NCBI GenBank assembly: GCA_028712445.1
Contig: JAQTPY010000002.1
Span: 1-62,274 of the forward strand
Origin: Minisyncoccota bacterium
GTDB lineage: Bacteria > Patescibacteriota > Minisyncoccia > Minisyncoccales > RBG-13-42-11
Length of the DNA stretch: 62,274 nt
Reading direction: 5' to 3'
In this document: positions 1 to 9,206 of the stretch, in pieces
Numbering within the stretch: position 1 is the first letter of the stretch
Layout of the letters: every line of letters begins with the position of its first letter
Translations under genes and position numbers: made by a program
The notes under the pieces: model-generated
Told to the model about the DNA's origin: nothing
The model's database searches: none
What the model saw: only the letters and a program-made list of their open reading frames with translations

Positions 1-608
1 GGGGCTCCTCGCCAATTCAGTGGCCCATTTTGAAAGGTGAAAAAGAGACAGGGGTGACTATAATGCTCGTGGATGAAAAAATGGATCACGGCCCCATTTT
101 AAAACAAACAAGATTGAGCTTTGGAGAAAAAGAAACAGCAAAAATCCTTCATGATAAACTGGCTCATCTTGGCGCCGACTTGCTCTTAAAAACAATCCCC
201 GACTGGATTAATGGAAAAATTAAGCCAGTATCCCAAAACGAAAAAGAAGCCACCTTTTCTGAAATACTAAAAAGAGAATCGGGTAGAATCGATTGGAAAA
301 AGAAAGCCGAGGAAATAGAAAGACAGATAAGAGCTTTTGATCCCTGGCCTGGCAGTTACACTCTCTGGAAAAAAGACGGCAAGAAAATAAAAATCAAAGT
401 TTTAAAAAGCAGGGTTTTAATATCACCCGAGAACAAAAGATATGAAGTGGGTAAGGTTCTGGTTGTCCCCCAAAATGAAATTGGAGTTCAATGCGGTGAT
501 GGGAACTTCCTGGTAGTAGAAAAACTTCAAATGGAAGGAAAAAAAGAAACTCTGGCTGAAGACTTTTTACGGGGCCATTCCGATTTCATCGGAACAGTGT
601 TAGATTGA
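1..608 (+). CDS. fmt: Methionyl-tRNA formyltransferase, 5'-truncated by the window edge
   Basis: Frame is open from position 3 (GSSPIQWPILKGEKETGVTIMLVDEKMDHGPIL); IRAFDPWPG and VEKLQMEGKK C-terminal motifs. Confidence 0.95.
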   Translation, partial: GSSPIQWPILKGEKETGVTIMLVDEKMDHGPILKQTRLSFGEKETAKILHDKLAHLGADLLLKTIPDWINGKIKPVSQNEKEATFSEILKRESGRIDWKKKAEEIERQIRAFDPWPGSYTLWKKDGKKIKIKVLKSRVLISPENKRYEVGKVLVVPQNEIGVQCGDGNFLVVEKLQMEGKKETLAEDFLRGHSDFIGTVLD

Positions 609-613
609 GTCAT

Positions 614-1645
614 ATGGATAATTGGGAAAAAATAAAAAAGAATCCCGGATTAAAGGAAATTCAGGTCAAAAGAAGTAAAATCTGCGAATTGATCCGCGAT
701 TTTTTTAAAAATGACGGATTTCTTGAGATGCAGACACCCGCAATTGTCAAATGCGCCGGTCAGGAGCCCTATCTAACCCCGCTGGAAGTTTGCTTTAAAG
801 ATAACCGCGGCAAGGAATTTAAAGGTTTTTTAGTCACCTCTCCCGAATATTCGCTAAAAAAAATTCTTTCTGCGGGATTCAAAAAAGTTTTCGAACTTGC
901 CAAAGTCTTTCGTTCTGACGAAAAATTCGGCGGCTTACATAACCCGGAATTTACAATGCTTGAATGGTATCGTGCGCATTCAGACTATAGACAGATAATG
1001 AAGGATGTCGAAAATCTTGTGCTTTTTCTCAATAAAAAAATAAACCATTCCAAATATCTGAATTTTCAGGGCCAAAAGATCAACCTCACTCCCCCATGGC
1101 CCAAGATCAGCGTTAAGGAAGCTTTTCTGAAATATGCCAAAATTAATTTAGATAAAGCGCATACAATAAAATCCTTTTCTAAACAAATTACAAAAAAAGA
1201 ATACCTTTCTAGTGACTGGAATAATATTTTTTACAGTGTCTTTCTTAATGAAATTGAACCCAATCTTCCCAAAGATCGCCCGCAAATAATATACGACTAT
1301 CCTTTGCCTCAGGCCTCTTTATCAAAAAGGAAGGGTAAAAGTTTCTACGCTGAGCGCTTTGAGGTCTATATCGGAGGCATGGAACTGGCGAATGCATTTT
1401 CGGAATTAAATGATCCTGGAAAACAGATGTTGCGATTTGTCGAGGAACAAAAATTGAGAAAAAAAATGGGGAAAAATTTCGTTCCTATTGACGAAAAATT
1501 CATTTATGCATTAAGATTAGGGATGCCGCCTTCAGGCGGTATTGCGTTGGGACTCGAGAGACTTCAAATGCTATTATTAAACCTTAAAGACGTTGACGAT
1601 CTGCTGATTTTTCCAAGCAGTCAATTATTTCAAAATCATGATTAG
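614..1645 (+). CDS. epmA: EF-P lysine aminoacylase (EpmA/GenX/PoxA), LysRS catalytic-domain paralogue
   Basis: LVTSPEY, VFRSDE..HNPEFTMLEWY, ERFEVYIGGMELANAFSEL, GGIALGLERL; no anticodon-binding domain; overlaps efp. Confidence 0.92.
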   Translation: MDNWEKIKKNPGLKEIQVKRSKICELIRDFFKNDGFLEMQTPAIVKCAGQEPYLTPLEVCFKDNRGKEFKGFLVTSPEYSLKKILSAGFKKVFELAKVFRSDEKFGGLHNPEFTMLEWYRAHSDYRQIMKDVENLVLFLNKKINHSKYLNFQGQKINLTPPWPKISVKEAFLKYAKINLDKAHTIKSFSKQITKKEYLSSDWNNIFYSVFLNEIEPNLPKDRPQIIYDYPLPQASLSKRKGKSFYAERFEVYIGGMELANAFSELNDPGKQMLRFVEEQKLRKKMGKNFVPIDEKFIYALRLGMPPSGGIALGLERLQMLLLNLKDVDDLLIFPSSQLFQNHD

Positions 1646-2204
1646 TTCAGCTGACTTAAAAAAAGATCTATATTTGATAATGGATTCTCAACCGTGGATG
1701 GTTGTCGAAGTTCAATTCGTAAGCCCCGGCAAAGGGTCTGCTTTTTATAGGACAAAATTAAAGAATCTTAAAAGCGGGAACGTAGTTGAAAAAACTTTCA
1801 AATCAGGCGAACATTTTGAGGAAGCCAATATTGAGAAAACAAAAGCCAAATTCCTTTATTCTCATCGCGACAAATATGTTTTTACAAAAGCGGACAATCC
1901 GTCAGTGCGTTTTGAATTACCCCAGGAAATTATCGGAAATTTAATCAAATATTTAACCCCGAACCAAATCGTAGACGGCCTCCTGTCTAACGGAGAGATT
2001 ATAAATATTTCTCTTCCCATTAAAATTTATCTGAAGGTCAAAGATGCCCCAATCGGCATCAAAGGAGACAGGGCTCAGGGTGGAACAAAAACCGTCACCT
2101 TGGAAAGCGGGGCCACAGTTGAAGCCCCCTTGTTTATTGAAACAGGAGACACGCTTGAAATAAACACGGAAACTGGTGAGTACGTCAGGAGAGTGGAAAA
2201 GTAA
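1638..2204 (+). CDS. efp: Translation elongation factor P
   Basis: VSPGKGSAFYRTKLKNL loop with the modifiable Lys; C-terminal LESGATVEAPLFIETGD..INTETGEYVRR. Confidence 0.97.
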   Translation: MISSADLKKDLYLIMDSQPWMVVEVQFVSPGKGSAFYRTKLKNLKSGNVVEKTFKSGEHFEEANIEKTKAKFLYSHRDKYVFTKADNPSVRFELPQEIIGNLIKYLTPNQIVDGLLSNGEIINISLPIKIYLKVKDAPIGIKGDRAQGGTKTVTLESGATVEAPLFIETGDTLEINTETGEYVRRVEK

Positions 2205-2215
2205 ATCAGCTAAAT

Positions 2216-2249
2216 AAAAAGCACGGAAGTCTGACCTCCGTGCTTTTTT
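2216..2249. terminator. Bidirectional intrinsic terminator
   Basis: aaaaa-GCACGGA-9nt-TCCGTGC-tttttt between convergent genes. Confidence 0.85.
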
Positions 2250-2260
2250 CTTGTTTGAAT

Positions 2261-2713
2261 CTATCTGAACCTTACAGGTATCACTATTTCATCGTCATAT
2301 TCAGGCAACCCTGAAGGATTATCTTTTTGGAGAATAAGCTCTCCTGCTTCAGTCTCAGGAATCTCGAATGATAAACTTGACTCAAAAGGGACAAAATCGG
2401 TTGTCATCCACTCGCCCTGCGCCTGAGCAAAAGTCAAAATAAGAATTTTTCCGTTGGAATCAACCAGTCTCACAGGGAAAGAAGCTTCAAAAAACCAATT
2501 TCCCCTGGCCTCCCCTCTGACCGAATAAGGGCTTTTGATTATTTCGTTTGGTTTCGGATTTGTAACCCTTATAAGGTCTTCTTTTTGATTGCTTTGATCG
2601 TTTTCCTTGACCAAAGGCTCTTTACTGGATAAATATCGATAAATGAATAATCCCCCAAATACTGCGATCAAAATTATAATTAATGCTGTTTTTGAAATAA
2701 ATCCATTAGACAT
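2261..2713 (-). CDS. Membrane-anchored Gmad2 immunoglobulin-like domain protein
   Basis: N-terminal TM; VRGEARGNWFFEASFPVRLVD..AQAQGEWMTTDFVPF..LILQKDNPSGLPE; start moved to MSNGF. Confidence 0.8.
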   Translation of the reverse strand: MSNGFISKTALIIILIAVFGGLFIYRYLSSKEPLVKENDQSNQKEDLIRVTNPKPNEIIKSPYSVRGEARGNWFFEASFPVRLVDSNGKILILTFAQAQGEWMTTDFVPFESSLSFEIPETEAGELILQKDNPSGLPEYDDEIVIPVRFR

Positions 2714-2730
2714 GAAAATCAAAATAAATA

Positions 2731-3309
2731 TTAGATTCCTCGTATTCCGTCCCAAAAGCCCCTGCTCGCGGCCACAGTGGCGGAACCAACCCGGTTAAAT
2801 CCGGTGCCTATTGCTCCCGCTAAGGTGGTAAAGACTGACCCGATTCTCCCCCAAAAACTTATTCCACCCTCTTTGATCGGTTTGTAGAAATAAACAGGAA
2901 TAACAACTGTTTTTAAGTTCCCAAGTATTGCGGATGTGCCTCCTTTTTCCAGAATCAAATCTCCCAAATCACTGGACGGTATTTCAAAATCCACTTCTGC
3001 TTCAAAAGGAACAAAGCTGTTTGTCTGCCAATCGCCCTTGGCCTGAGCGTTTGAGGAGCCGATAAGTCTTCCGTGCATGTCATAAACCTTTACAGGAAAA
3101 GTTCCCTCGTAAAACCAGAAACCTCTGGCTTCTCCCTTGACCACATACGGGCTTCTGATCACTTCGTTTTCTTCAGGATTTTTTACCCTGATCATATCGC
3201 TGTCGTTAGCAAATGAAATCTGAGGAAGAAAGGATGAAGCAGCAAAAACTGCAATTACAAACAGAGCCCCGGCATTGCGTTTAATTGCGTTAAGCGTTTT
3301 TTTGCTCAT
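2731..3309 (-). CDS. Secreted Gmad2 immunoglobulin-like domain protein (paralogue of the downstream gene)
   Basis: Signal peptide; VKGEARGFWFYEGTFPVKV..AQAKGDWQTNSFVPFEAEVDF. Confidence 0.75.
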   Translation of the reverse strand: MSKKTLNAIKRNAGALFVIAVFAASSFLPQISFANDSDMIRVKNPEENEVIRSPYVVKGEARGFWFYEGTFPVKVYDMHGRLIGSSNAQAKGDWQTNSFVPFEAEVDFEIPSSDLGDLILEKGGTSAILGNLKTVVIPVYFYKPIKEGGISFWGRIGSVFTTLAGAIGTGFNRVGSATVAASRGFWDGIRGI

Positions 3310-3421
3310 ATATTTTTTCTTGAGCTATAATTTCCCTAAGGGATAAAATTCCCCGAGGGTACTTGTCGACCTTGATGCTACACTTAAATTATATCAAATT
3401 CGACAAATTCAATAAAAAGAA

Positions 3422-3820
3422 CTAAAAACTCGTTTTTCCGTCAAAGTGTTCCTCTGACTTTTCCGCCTCCTCTTTTGTCGCATGAACAATGCCATTCTGG
3501 TGGTTGGGTGGAGAATAAATTGTATATAATTTCAAAGGTTCGGTGGCAGATATGTTTATAATATTATGTTCGGTTCCTGCCGGTATCACAACCGCTGTAC
3601 CGTCCTTAATAAAAAATTCTTCACCCTCAATCACTGCTTTTCCCTCCCCTTTTTCAAATCGGAAAAATTGGTCTATATTTTCATGCACTTCCGATCCTAT
3701 TTCCTCGCCGGGCTTCAAACTCATCAATACCACCTGGCTCCGGCTGGCTGTGAAAATCACTTTTCTGAAAAATTCATTATCTAAGGTGTCTTTTTCAATG
3801 TTGGTTATAAATCCTTTCAT
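3422..3820 (-). CDS. Cupin-domain protein
   Basis: GEEIGSEVHENIDQFFRFEKG..VIPAGTEHNIIN..LYTIYSPPNH cupin motifs. Confidence 0.9.
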   Translation of the reverse strand: MKGFITNIEKDTLDNEFFRKVIFTASRSQVVLMSLKPGEEIGSEVHENIDQFFRFEKGEGKAVIEGEEFFIKDGTAVVIPAGTEHNIINISATEPLKLYTIYSPPNHQNGIVHATKEEAEKSEEHFDGKTSF

Positions 3821-3881
3821 ACTTTTTTTTAGTTAATATTTTGACCTTTCTTTTTTTATTTTATCAGATATTGATTGTTTT

Positions 3882-5402
3882 TTATAGGACATCTATTTTT
3901 TCCAGATCTATGGCGGCTGGCCCATGAATTAATTTCCCGTCACAGGAAAAACTCGAACCATGACAGGGACAATCCCACGATTCTTCAGCATTATTCCAGT
4001 TTAAAGTGCAGCCCATGTGAGTACAGGTGGTGGAAACCGCGTGAATTTTCCCCTGCTGGTCTTTAAAAACCCCTACTTTTCTGCCTTCAAGTTCAAAAAT
4101 CATGGCCTGTCCCAAGCTTAAACTCTGAACTTCAAGATGAGGAAACTTTTTAAACCTGCCTTTTAGCAAGCTAATGCTTGCCTGCACATTGTGAAGAAGA
4201 AATTTTTGGCCCGCTTTGGCGCTTATCATTCTGGAAGGAGAATAAAGCAAAGCCCAGGGATTCGGTTTGCCCAAAACAAGATCAGACAATATCTTTCCTG
4301 AAACCGTGGCGTTAGTCATCCCCCACCCGCCGAAGCCGGTTGCAACAAATATATTGTTTGACCTTGAAGTCAGCTTCCCAATGTATGGCACCCGATCCAC
4401 AGAAACACTGTCGTGAGTAGACCAGCGGTAAAGTATTGATTCTATATCAAAACGTTCAAATGCGTATTCTTGGAGTTTCCTGTAATGTTCCAGGGCGTCT
4501 TCGCCAACACCCGCGCGATGATTCTGTCCGCCTATAATGATTACATCTCCTTCTTCCTTTGATGTGTGATGGCGAATTGAATTGAAGGGGTCCTCAACTG
4601 TAATAAACATGCCTCGGGGAACGGGTCCCTTCAATTTTGCAGCCAGCGCATACGACCTTTTAGGAAAGAGTCTGGAAAAATAAGCTCCTCTTGTACCGAA
4701 AGGATAATTACTGGCAATAACGATGTTCTTTGCTTTCAACTGCCCCCCTTCAACAATTACCGTATTGGGTTTTCCTTCGTTTATGTCAAAAAATCTGGTG
4801 TTTTCAAAAATGAAGCTTCCGTCTCCCTGTATTTTTTTTGCCATATGCAAAAGATATTTTTTGGGATGAAAGAGGGCCTGGTTTTCATAACGAATGGCTC
4901 CTTTGATCGGAAAAGGCAGGGGTGATTCCTTAACAAATGAGACCAGCAAACCCATTTTTTTTGCAGCTCTCACCTCGTCTTCGATTTTTCCTACATTTTC
5001 TTTATTTTCAGTATAAGTATACGCTTCTGTTCTCTGAAATTCACAATCAATCGAATTTCTTTCAATATTTTGGGCTATTTCCTCAATTGCTCACTGGTTG
5101 GCTTCAGCATATAATCTGGCTTTCCTTGATTTGATATTCGACAAAAGATAATTGTAAATTAAACCATGAGCTGAAGTGATTTTGGCGGTTGTATTCGCCG
5201 TGACCCCTTTTAAAATCCTTCTCATGTCAAGGACCGCAACCTTGAGACCCGCATTTTTTAAATAAAAAGCTACCGTAAGCCCTGCTATTCCTCCACCCAG
5301 AATAGCCGCGTCGAAAGGCCCCTCCCCTTTCCAGGCCGGGAAATTAGTATCCGAGCTTGTTCCTTCCCATAAAGATTCATGTTTCCCCAATAATTCTTCC
5401 AT
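3882..5402 (-). pseudogene. FAD-dependent oxidoreductase with C-terminal Rieske [2Fe-2S] domain (YhfW-like), interrupted by one in-frame TGA at 5091-5093
   Basis: ORFs 5091-5402 (GGGIAG FAD motif) and 3882-4973 (CTHMGC..CPCHGS) are in the same frame, joined by 39 open codons after a single TGA. Confidence 0.85.
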
Positions 5403-5440
5403 ATAACTATATTATTTATCGGAAAGATTAACGGCAGATG

Positions 5441-5465
5441 AAAAAAAGGAGGATCGGCCTCCTTT
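5441..5465 (-). terminator. Intrinsic terminator after 5487-6377
   Basis: AAGGAGG-5nt-CCTCCTT with a T tract on the minus strand. Confidence 0.7.
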
Positions 5466-5486
5466 AGCTCTTTAAGAAAATTTCCC

Positions 5487-6377
5487 TTAGAAAAGTGCTG
5501 CGATAAACTCTATGGACTTATCCGTCTCAACTGGCAGAATCTCGTCTTCGAGAATATCGATAGCGTAGATCTTGGCTTTCCCCGATTCCTCGGCTATGAC
5601 GATGGGGAAAACGGGATGAGAAGTGGTCTTTTTTACATAACCTACCGGAACTGTGCTCCAATTGGGCTGTTTAAAAGCTCCCATCAGATTGATTACATAA
5701 TCTGAATCTTCTCCCAGATCCAGTTCGCTGCCTGCATCTGTCTTGAGAAAGCGCTGAACCTCTGTAAAATTGACCAGCGAGTATTTTTCTCTTTCAGGAC
5801 CGCGGATGCGGGCGTTGGGAAAAGTGGCGCGGAGCAGTTCCATGACTTCAGTCTGACTCATTGCCCTGGTTATTTTGGGCTCCGGAATAGCGCTGAAAGA
5901 GGAAGAGCCATTACTCTTTGCCAGGGTTGTTTTCAAATCAGTTATCTGCTTTGTCTGATTTTCCAGGGCAACTTTAACCTTGTTTACTTCCGTACTCGCT
6001 TTCTCTAAAGCCTGTTCTTGCTCGACTATGGCGTCTTCTTTTTGCCGTATCGCCTTGAGCAAATCATCGTTTCTCTTTGTCAGATCGGCAATAGTGGCAT
6101 CCCTGGTTGAAATTTGAACTATAAGATCGCTGCCCAGACCTGGCGTGTTTTCGCCGTTGCTTTTTGGCGTCGGCGTGGGTGTGTCTTTCGGCTCCTCAAA
6201 CCAGGGAATTTCTGAATTTCCCGGATCAGTTGGCGGTTTTGTCATTGTTTGATTCCGGGATGACTCAAAATTTTCTTGCCAGGACTGCATTTTATCAGGA
6301 GCAATAATATACACTATCCCAAAAATCAAAAGAACCATGCCCAAAAGTAACATCCCTGCCAGTAAAAATGCTTTCAT
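5487..6377 (-). CDS. Membrane-anchored coiled-coil protein with a conserved C-terminal domain (paralogue of 48023-48829)
   Basis: N-terminal TM, Pro/Thr linker, heptad coiled coil; C-terminus shares RIRGPER, EVQRFL, LGEDSDYV, PVG and PVF with the 48-kb gene; SD GGAGG. Confidence 0.8.
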   Translation of the reverse strand: MKAFLLAGMLLLGMVLLIFGIVYIIAPDKMQSWQENFESSRNQTMTKPPTDPGNSEIPWFEEPKDTPTPTPKSNGENTPGLGSDLIVQISTRDATIADLTKRNDDLLKAIRQKEDAIVEQEQALEKASTEVNKVKVALENQTKQITDLKTTLAKSNGSSSFSAIPEPKITRAMSQTEVMELLRATFPNARIRGPEREKYSLVNFTEVQRFLKTDAGSELDLGEDSDYVINLMGAFKQPNWSTVPVGYVKKTTSHPVFPIVIAEESGKAKIYAIDILEDEILPVETDKSIEFIAALF

Positions 6378-6419
6378 TTACTCCTCCTATGTTTAATATT
6401 TCTTCACTTTATCTAATTG

Positions 6420-6450
6420 TAAAAAAACAAAACAGGTGAAAACACCTGTT
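6420..6450 (-). terminator. Terminator-like hairpin in the 5' leader of 5487-6377
   Basis: Minus strand ACAGGTG-TTTT-CACCTGT followed by TTTGTTTTTTT; lies between the promoter and the start codon. Confidence 0.7.
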
Positions 6451-6498
6451 AAACTGAATAATCCTTGCTATTTTCGCTGTTACTCTCCCCACACTTTA

Positions 6499-6527
6499 AC
6501 AATAGAAAATCGAAGGCATGTTGTCAA
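6499..6527 (-). promoter_or_regulatory. sigma70-type promoter
   Basis: TTGACA-17nt-TATTGT on the minus strand. Confidence 0.65.
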
Positions 6528-6634
6528 CTGCTGAATTGTAAAAAAAATCAAAAAACTTCATTGTAGTTTAATTTTCCGAAGATAAAATAAAAGGAGAACC
6601 TTTATACCTGAATACTGTAAAGAGGCAAAAAGGG

Positions 6635-7273
6635 GTGAAAAGAATTTACATGTTAAAACAGGTTGCCGAAGCGCAAGAGGAGGAAAGAAAAAGAATTGCA
6701 AGAGACCTGCACGACGGCGTAGCTCAAACCTTGGTTCCGGTGCCAATCAAGATCAATCACTTGATGAAAAATAATGACTTTCCTGAAAATGTCGCTTCCG
6801 AATTGAGAGATGTAGAAGAAACCGTCTCTGGAGCGCTAAGGGAAATACGGTGCATTTGCACGGGAGTAGGACCCGGTCTCATGATAGATCTTGGTTTAAT
6901 TGACACCCTCACAACACTCGTCGGAAGCATGAGGAAAAGGGGCCAAACCATAATTACTCTCAATATTGAAGGTAATCATAGAAAATTGCCCAAAGAAACT
7001 GAACAAGCCCTGTTTAGAATAGCTCAAGAAAGTCTAAATAATATCTGGAAACACGCTGAAGCAAAGAAAGCTACACTAAAAATTGCTTACGAAAAAAACA
7101 GAATATTCATGAGTATTTCCGACGACGGAAAAGGTTTTGATACAAATGTAAAAAGCAGCGGAAACCTTGGATTAAGAATCATCCGGGAGCGGGCGCGTTT
7201 ATTAAATGCTGATTTGCGGATTGACTCCGCGAACGGCAAAGGAACAACTATCAGCGTAACAATAAAAAAATAA
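6635..7273 (+). CDS. Sensor-less HisKA_3 + HATPase_c histidine kinase (NarX/UhpB/DegS type)
   Basis: EEERKRIARDLHDGVAQ H-box; FRIAQESLNNIWKHA N-box; SDDGKGF; GNLGLRIIRER; no TM or input domain. Confidence 0.9.
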   Translation: MKRIYMLKQVAEAQEEERKRIARDLHDGVAQTLVPVPIKINHLMKNNDFPENVASELRDVEETVSGALREIRCICTGVGPGLMIDLGLIDTLTTLVGSMRKRGQTIITLNIEGNHRKLPKETEQALFRIAQESLNNIWKHAEAKKATLKIAYEKNRIFMSISDDGKGFDTNVKSSGNLGLRIIRERARLLNADLRIDSANGKGTTISVTIKK

Positions 7274-7278
7274 TAAAG

Positions 7279-7301
7279 AACCCATGGAAACATGGGTTTT
7301 T
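7279..7301. terminator. Intrinsic terminator between convergent genes
   Basis: AACCCATG-GAAA-CATGGGTT-ttt. Confidence 0.8.
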
Positions 7302-8127
7302 ATTCCAATAAAATCCTGGCTTCGTTAGTCAGATTTTTGATTTCTTTTTCGTTAATTCCTAAATTACGGCTAAGCTTCCCCGAGGAAATTCCAATGAGAT
7401 CTGAAGCCAGCATTATCCCTTTTTCGGCAAACACATCGGCAAGATAACCCTTGAAAGATGGAAGGATGGTGATCGGATAAAGATTTTTTGTTTCAATTAG
7501 GATTTCCAGTCCCCTTCCTTCGGGATATTTCCATCCCAAAACATTTACTCCTGCACATTCTGAATACCGTATGGCTTGACTGGTAAATTTTGTGTTAGTT
7601 ACCAAAATTGATCTTAATTTTCCAGATTGGGGGTGATTTTTTTGAATATCCAAAAATCGGGCATGATTCGCCAATGCAATTTTCAGATCAACCCTCTCTC
7701 CGGCTTTATTGTGATATTTGCATTCTCCAAGGTAGATCAGATTATCCTTCTCAGCCAAAAAATCTATTTCGTACACGCATTTTGAAAAACCAATCAATTG
7801 CTGGTTTAATTTAATTTTATATCCGTTTTTTGCAAGAATTTCTCCCACATACTTTTCGAACAAAAATCCTGCAGGACCTAATTTGGCCATAGCCCTCTTC
7901 AAGGAAAACTTCATTGCAGACCTTAAGGATTCCTTCCTTAAGAATCCGCTTATTTTCTGGGAGATTTTTAAGGTTGTGATTCCGGGATAAGCTTCTTTTT
8001 CAATCTTATCGGCAATTTCCTGCGCTGAAAAATCATCCAGTCCTGCATTTCTGCAGGCTGTATATATTTTCCTTTTTGAAAATATTTCGCGTTCACCCAA
8101 CGAATTTATTACATACAATTCCTCCAT
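7300..8127 (-). CDS. ATP-cone domain + PD-(D/E)xK restriction-endonuclease-like protein
   Basis: YVINSLGEREIFSKRKI ATP-cone start; FEKYV..EIDFLAEK..GECKYH nuclease motif. Confidence 0.8.
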   Translation of the reverse strand: MEELYVINSLGEREIFSKRKIYTACRNAGLDDFSAQEIADKIEKEAYPGITTLKISQKISGFLRKESLRSAMKFSLKRAMAKLGPAGFLFEKYVGEILAKNGYKIKLNQQLIGFSKCVYEIDFLAEKDNLIYLGECKYHNKAGERVDLKIALANHARFLDIQKNHPQSGKLRSILVTNTKFTSQAIRYSECAGVNVLGWKYPEGRGLEILIETKNLYPITILPSFKGYLADVFAEKGIMLASDLIGISSGKLSRNLGINEKEIKNLTNEARILLE

Positions 8128-8155
8128 AATTTTGCTTTACCCTGCCAAATTTCTG

Positions 8156-9022
8156 TCACTCAGTCCCAATCGGGACTTCGCCGCATCTAGCTGCAGCTCC
8201 GTCGACAACTTTTATTACGTCGTCAATATTGGGCTCAGTAGCAATTAATCTATTTCCATTCTTGAGCATTAAAGTGACAATTCTGCTGTGTGTCTGAAAA
8301 ACTTTTTCTATTTCACAATTATTGATTGATTGAAGGGCCGCTTCCCATGTGCTATTTGTCTCCTGGAAAAAAATTCTGCCATCAGGCAAGGCGCACTGAG
8401 GCGGATTAGACTCCATTGAGGAAAACCCAGCCAGGATGCAATCATCAAAATTCCTGATTGTTTTTAACAATTGGCTGCATTTCTCCAAACTGGCCATATC
8501 GCTTTTGGGCAAACACTCCCTAAGTTGGGTTTTTATGTCATTGTCTGAATATTCCCCCAAATTCACACTGGCTATGAGCCATTGATTGTTAAACTTTACA
8601 AGACCCAGATCAACGGGACGAGTGACTGCAATGCCTCCCCCAATCTGCTCAACGCTTGTTATTTCAACAATATTTCCCCTCACCTCATACGCTCCCGATC
8701 CGAATTTTCTGAGACTTAAGATCTCTATTCCGTCCGGCCAAGGGCTTGAAGTTAGTCTCCCTGGCGCTTTTGACGGATCATTCTTCCACTGTAAAAGTAA
8801 AAATTGATCGAGAAAATCTTTGTAGTTTTGTTCAATATCCTGGCTTGCGGTCGATGAAAGCAAAGAGACATTTTTTAAAACTTTACCGAAATTCTCAACA
8901 GTATTCCGCACATCTCTTTCATCGGCTTGTTCGCTTTTTCTGACATCTGACTGACGCCAGAAATAAAAACCGATGGCTATTGCTGAAACAATAAGTAGAA
9001 TTGCTGAAATTTTCTTATTCAT
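8156..9022 (-). CDS. Membrane-anchored hypothetical protein with a Cys-pair module
   Basis: N-terminal TM; NFDDCILAGFSSMESNPPQCALPDGRIF module. Confidence 0.7.
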   Translation of the reverse strand: MNKKISAILLIVSAIAIGFYFWRQSDVRKSEQADERDVRNTVENFGKVLKNVSLLSSTASQDIEQNYKDFLDQFLLLQWKNDPSKAPGRLTSSPWPDGIEILSLRKFGSGAYEVRGNIVEITSVEQIGGGIAVTRPVDLGLVKFNNQWLIASVNLGEYSDNDIKTQLRECLPKSDMASLEKCSQLLKTIRNFDDCILAGFSSMESNPPQCALPDGRIFFQETNSTWEAALQSINNCEIEKVFQTHSRIVTLMLKNGNRLIATEPNIDDVIKVVDGAAARCGEVPIGTE

Positions 9023-9206
9023 AATTTTAAATTCAAAATACTTTTTTACCCTTAATCCTATATTATACCCATCTTAACAAAAAAATAAAACGACGACTTT
9101 TTATTTTAAAAATGATTTGACGTTTCCTTAAAAATGTAGTATTAATTAAATAGGCAAACAAATAAGTTTTTGATTTGTCCGCTTTCTTAAGCGGTTTTAA
9201 TTTTAC

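Noticed and set aside
5091-5093. Genome-wide UGA recoding (genetic code 25) or selenocysteine
   Set aside because: recR and plsY end at TGA at their expected lengths, most ORFs are full length in code 11, and I saw no SECIS-like hairpin or catalytic Cys context
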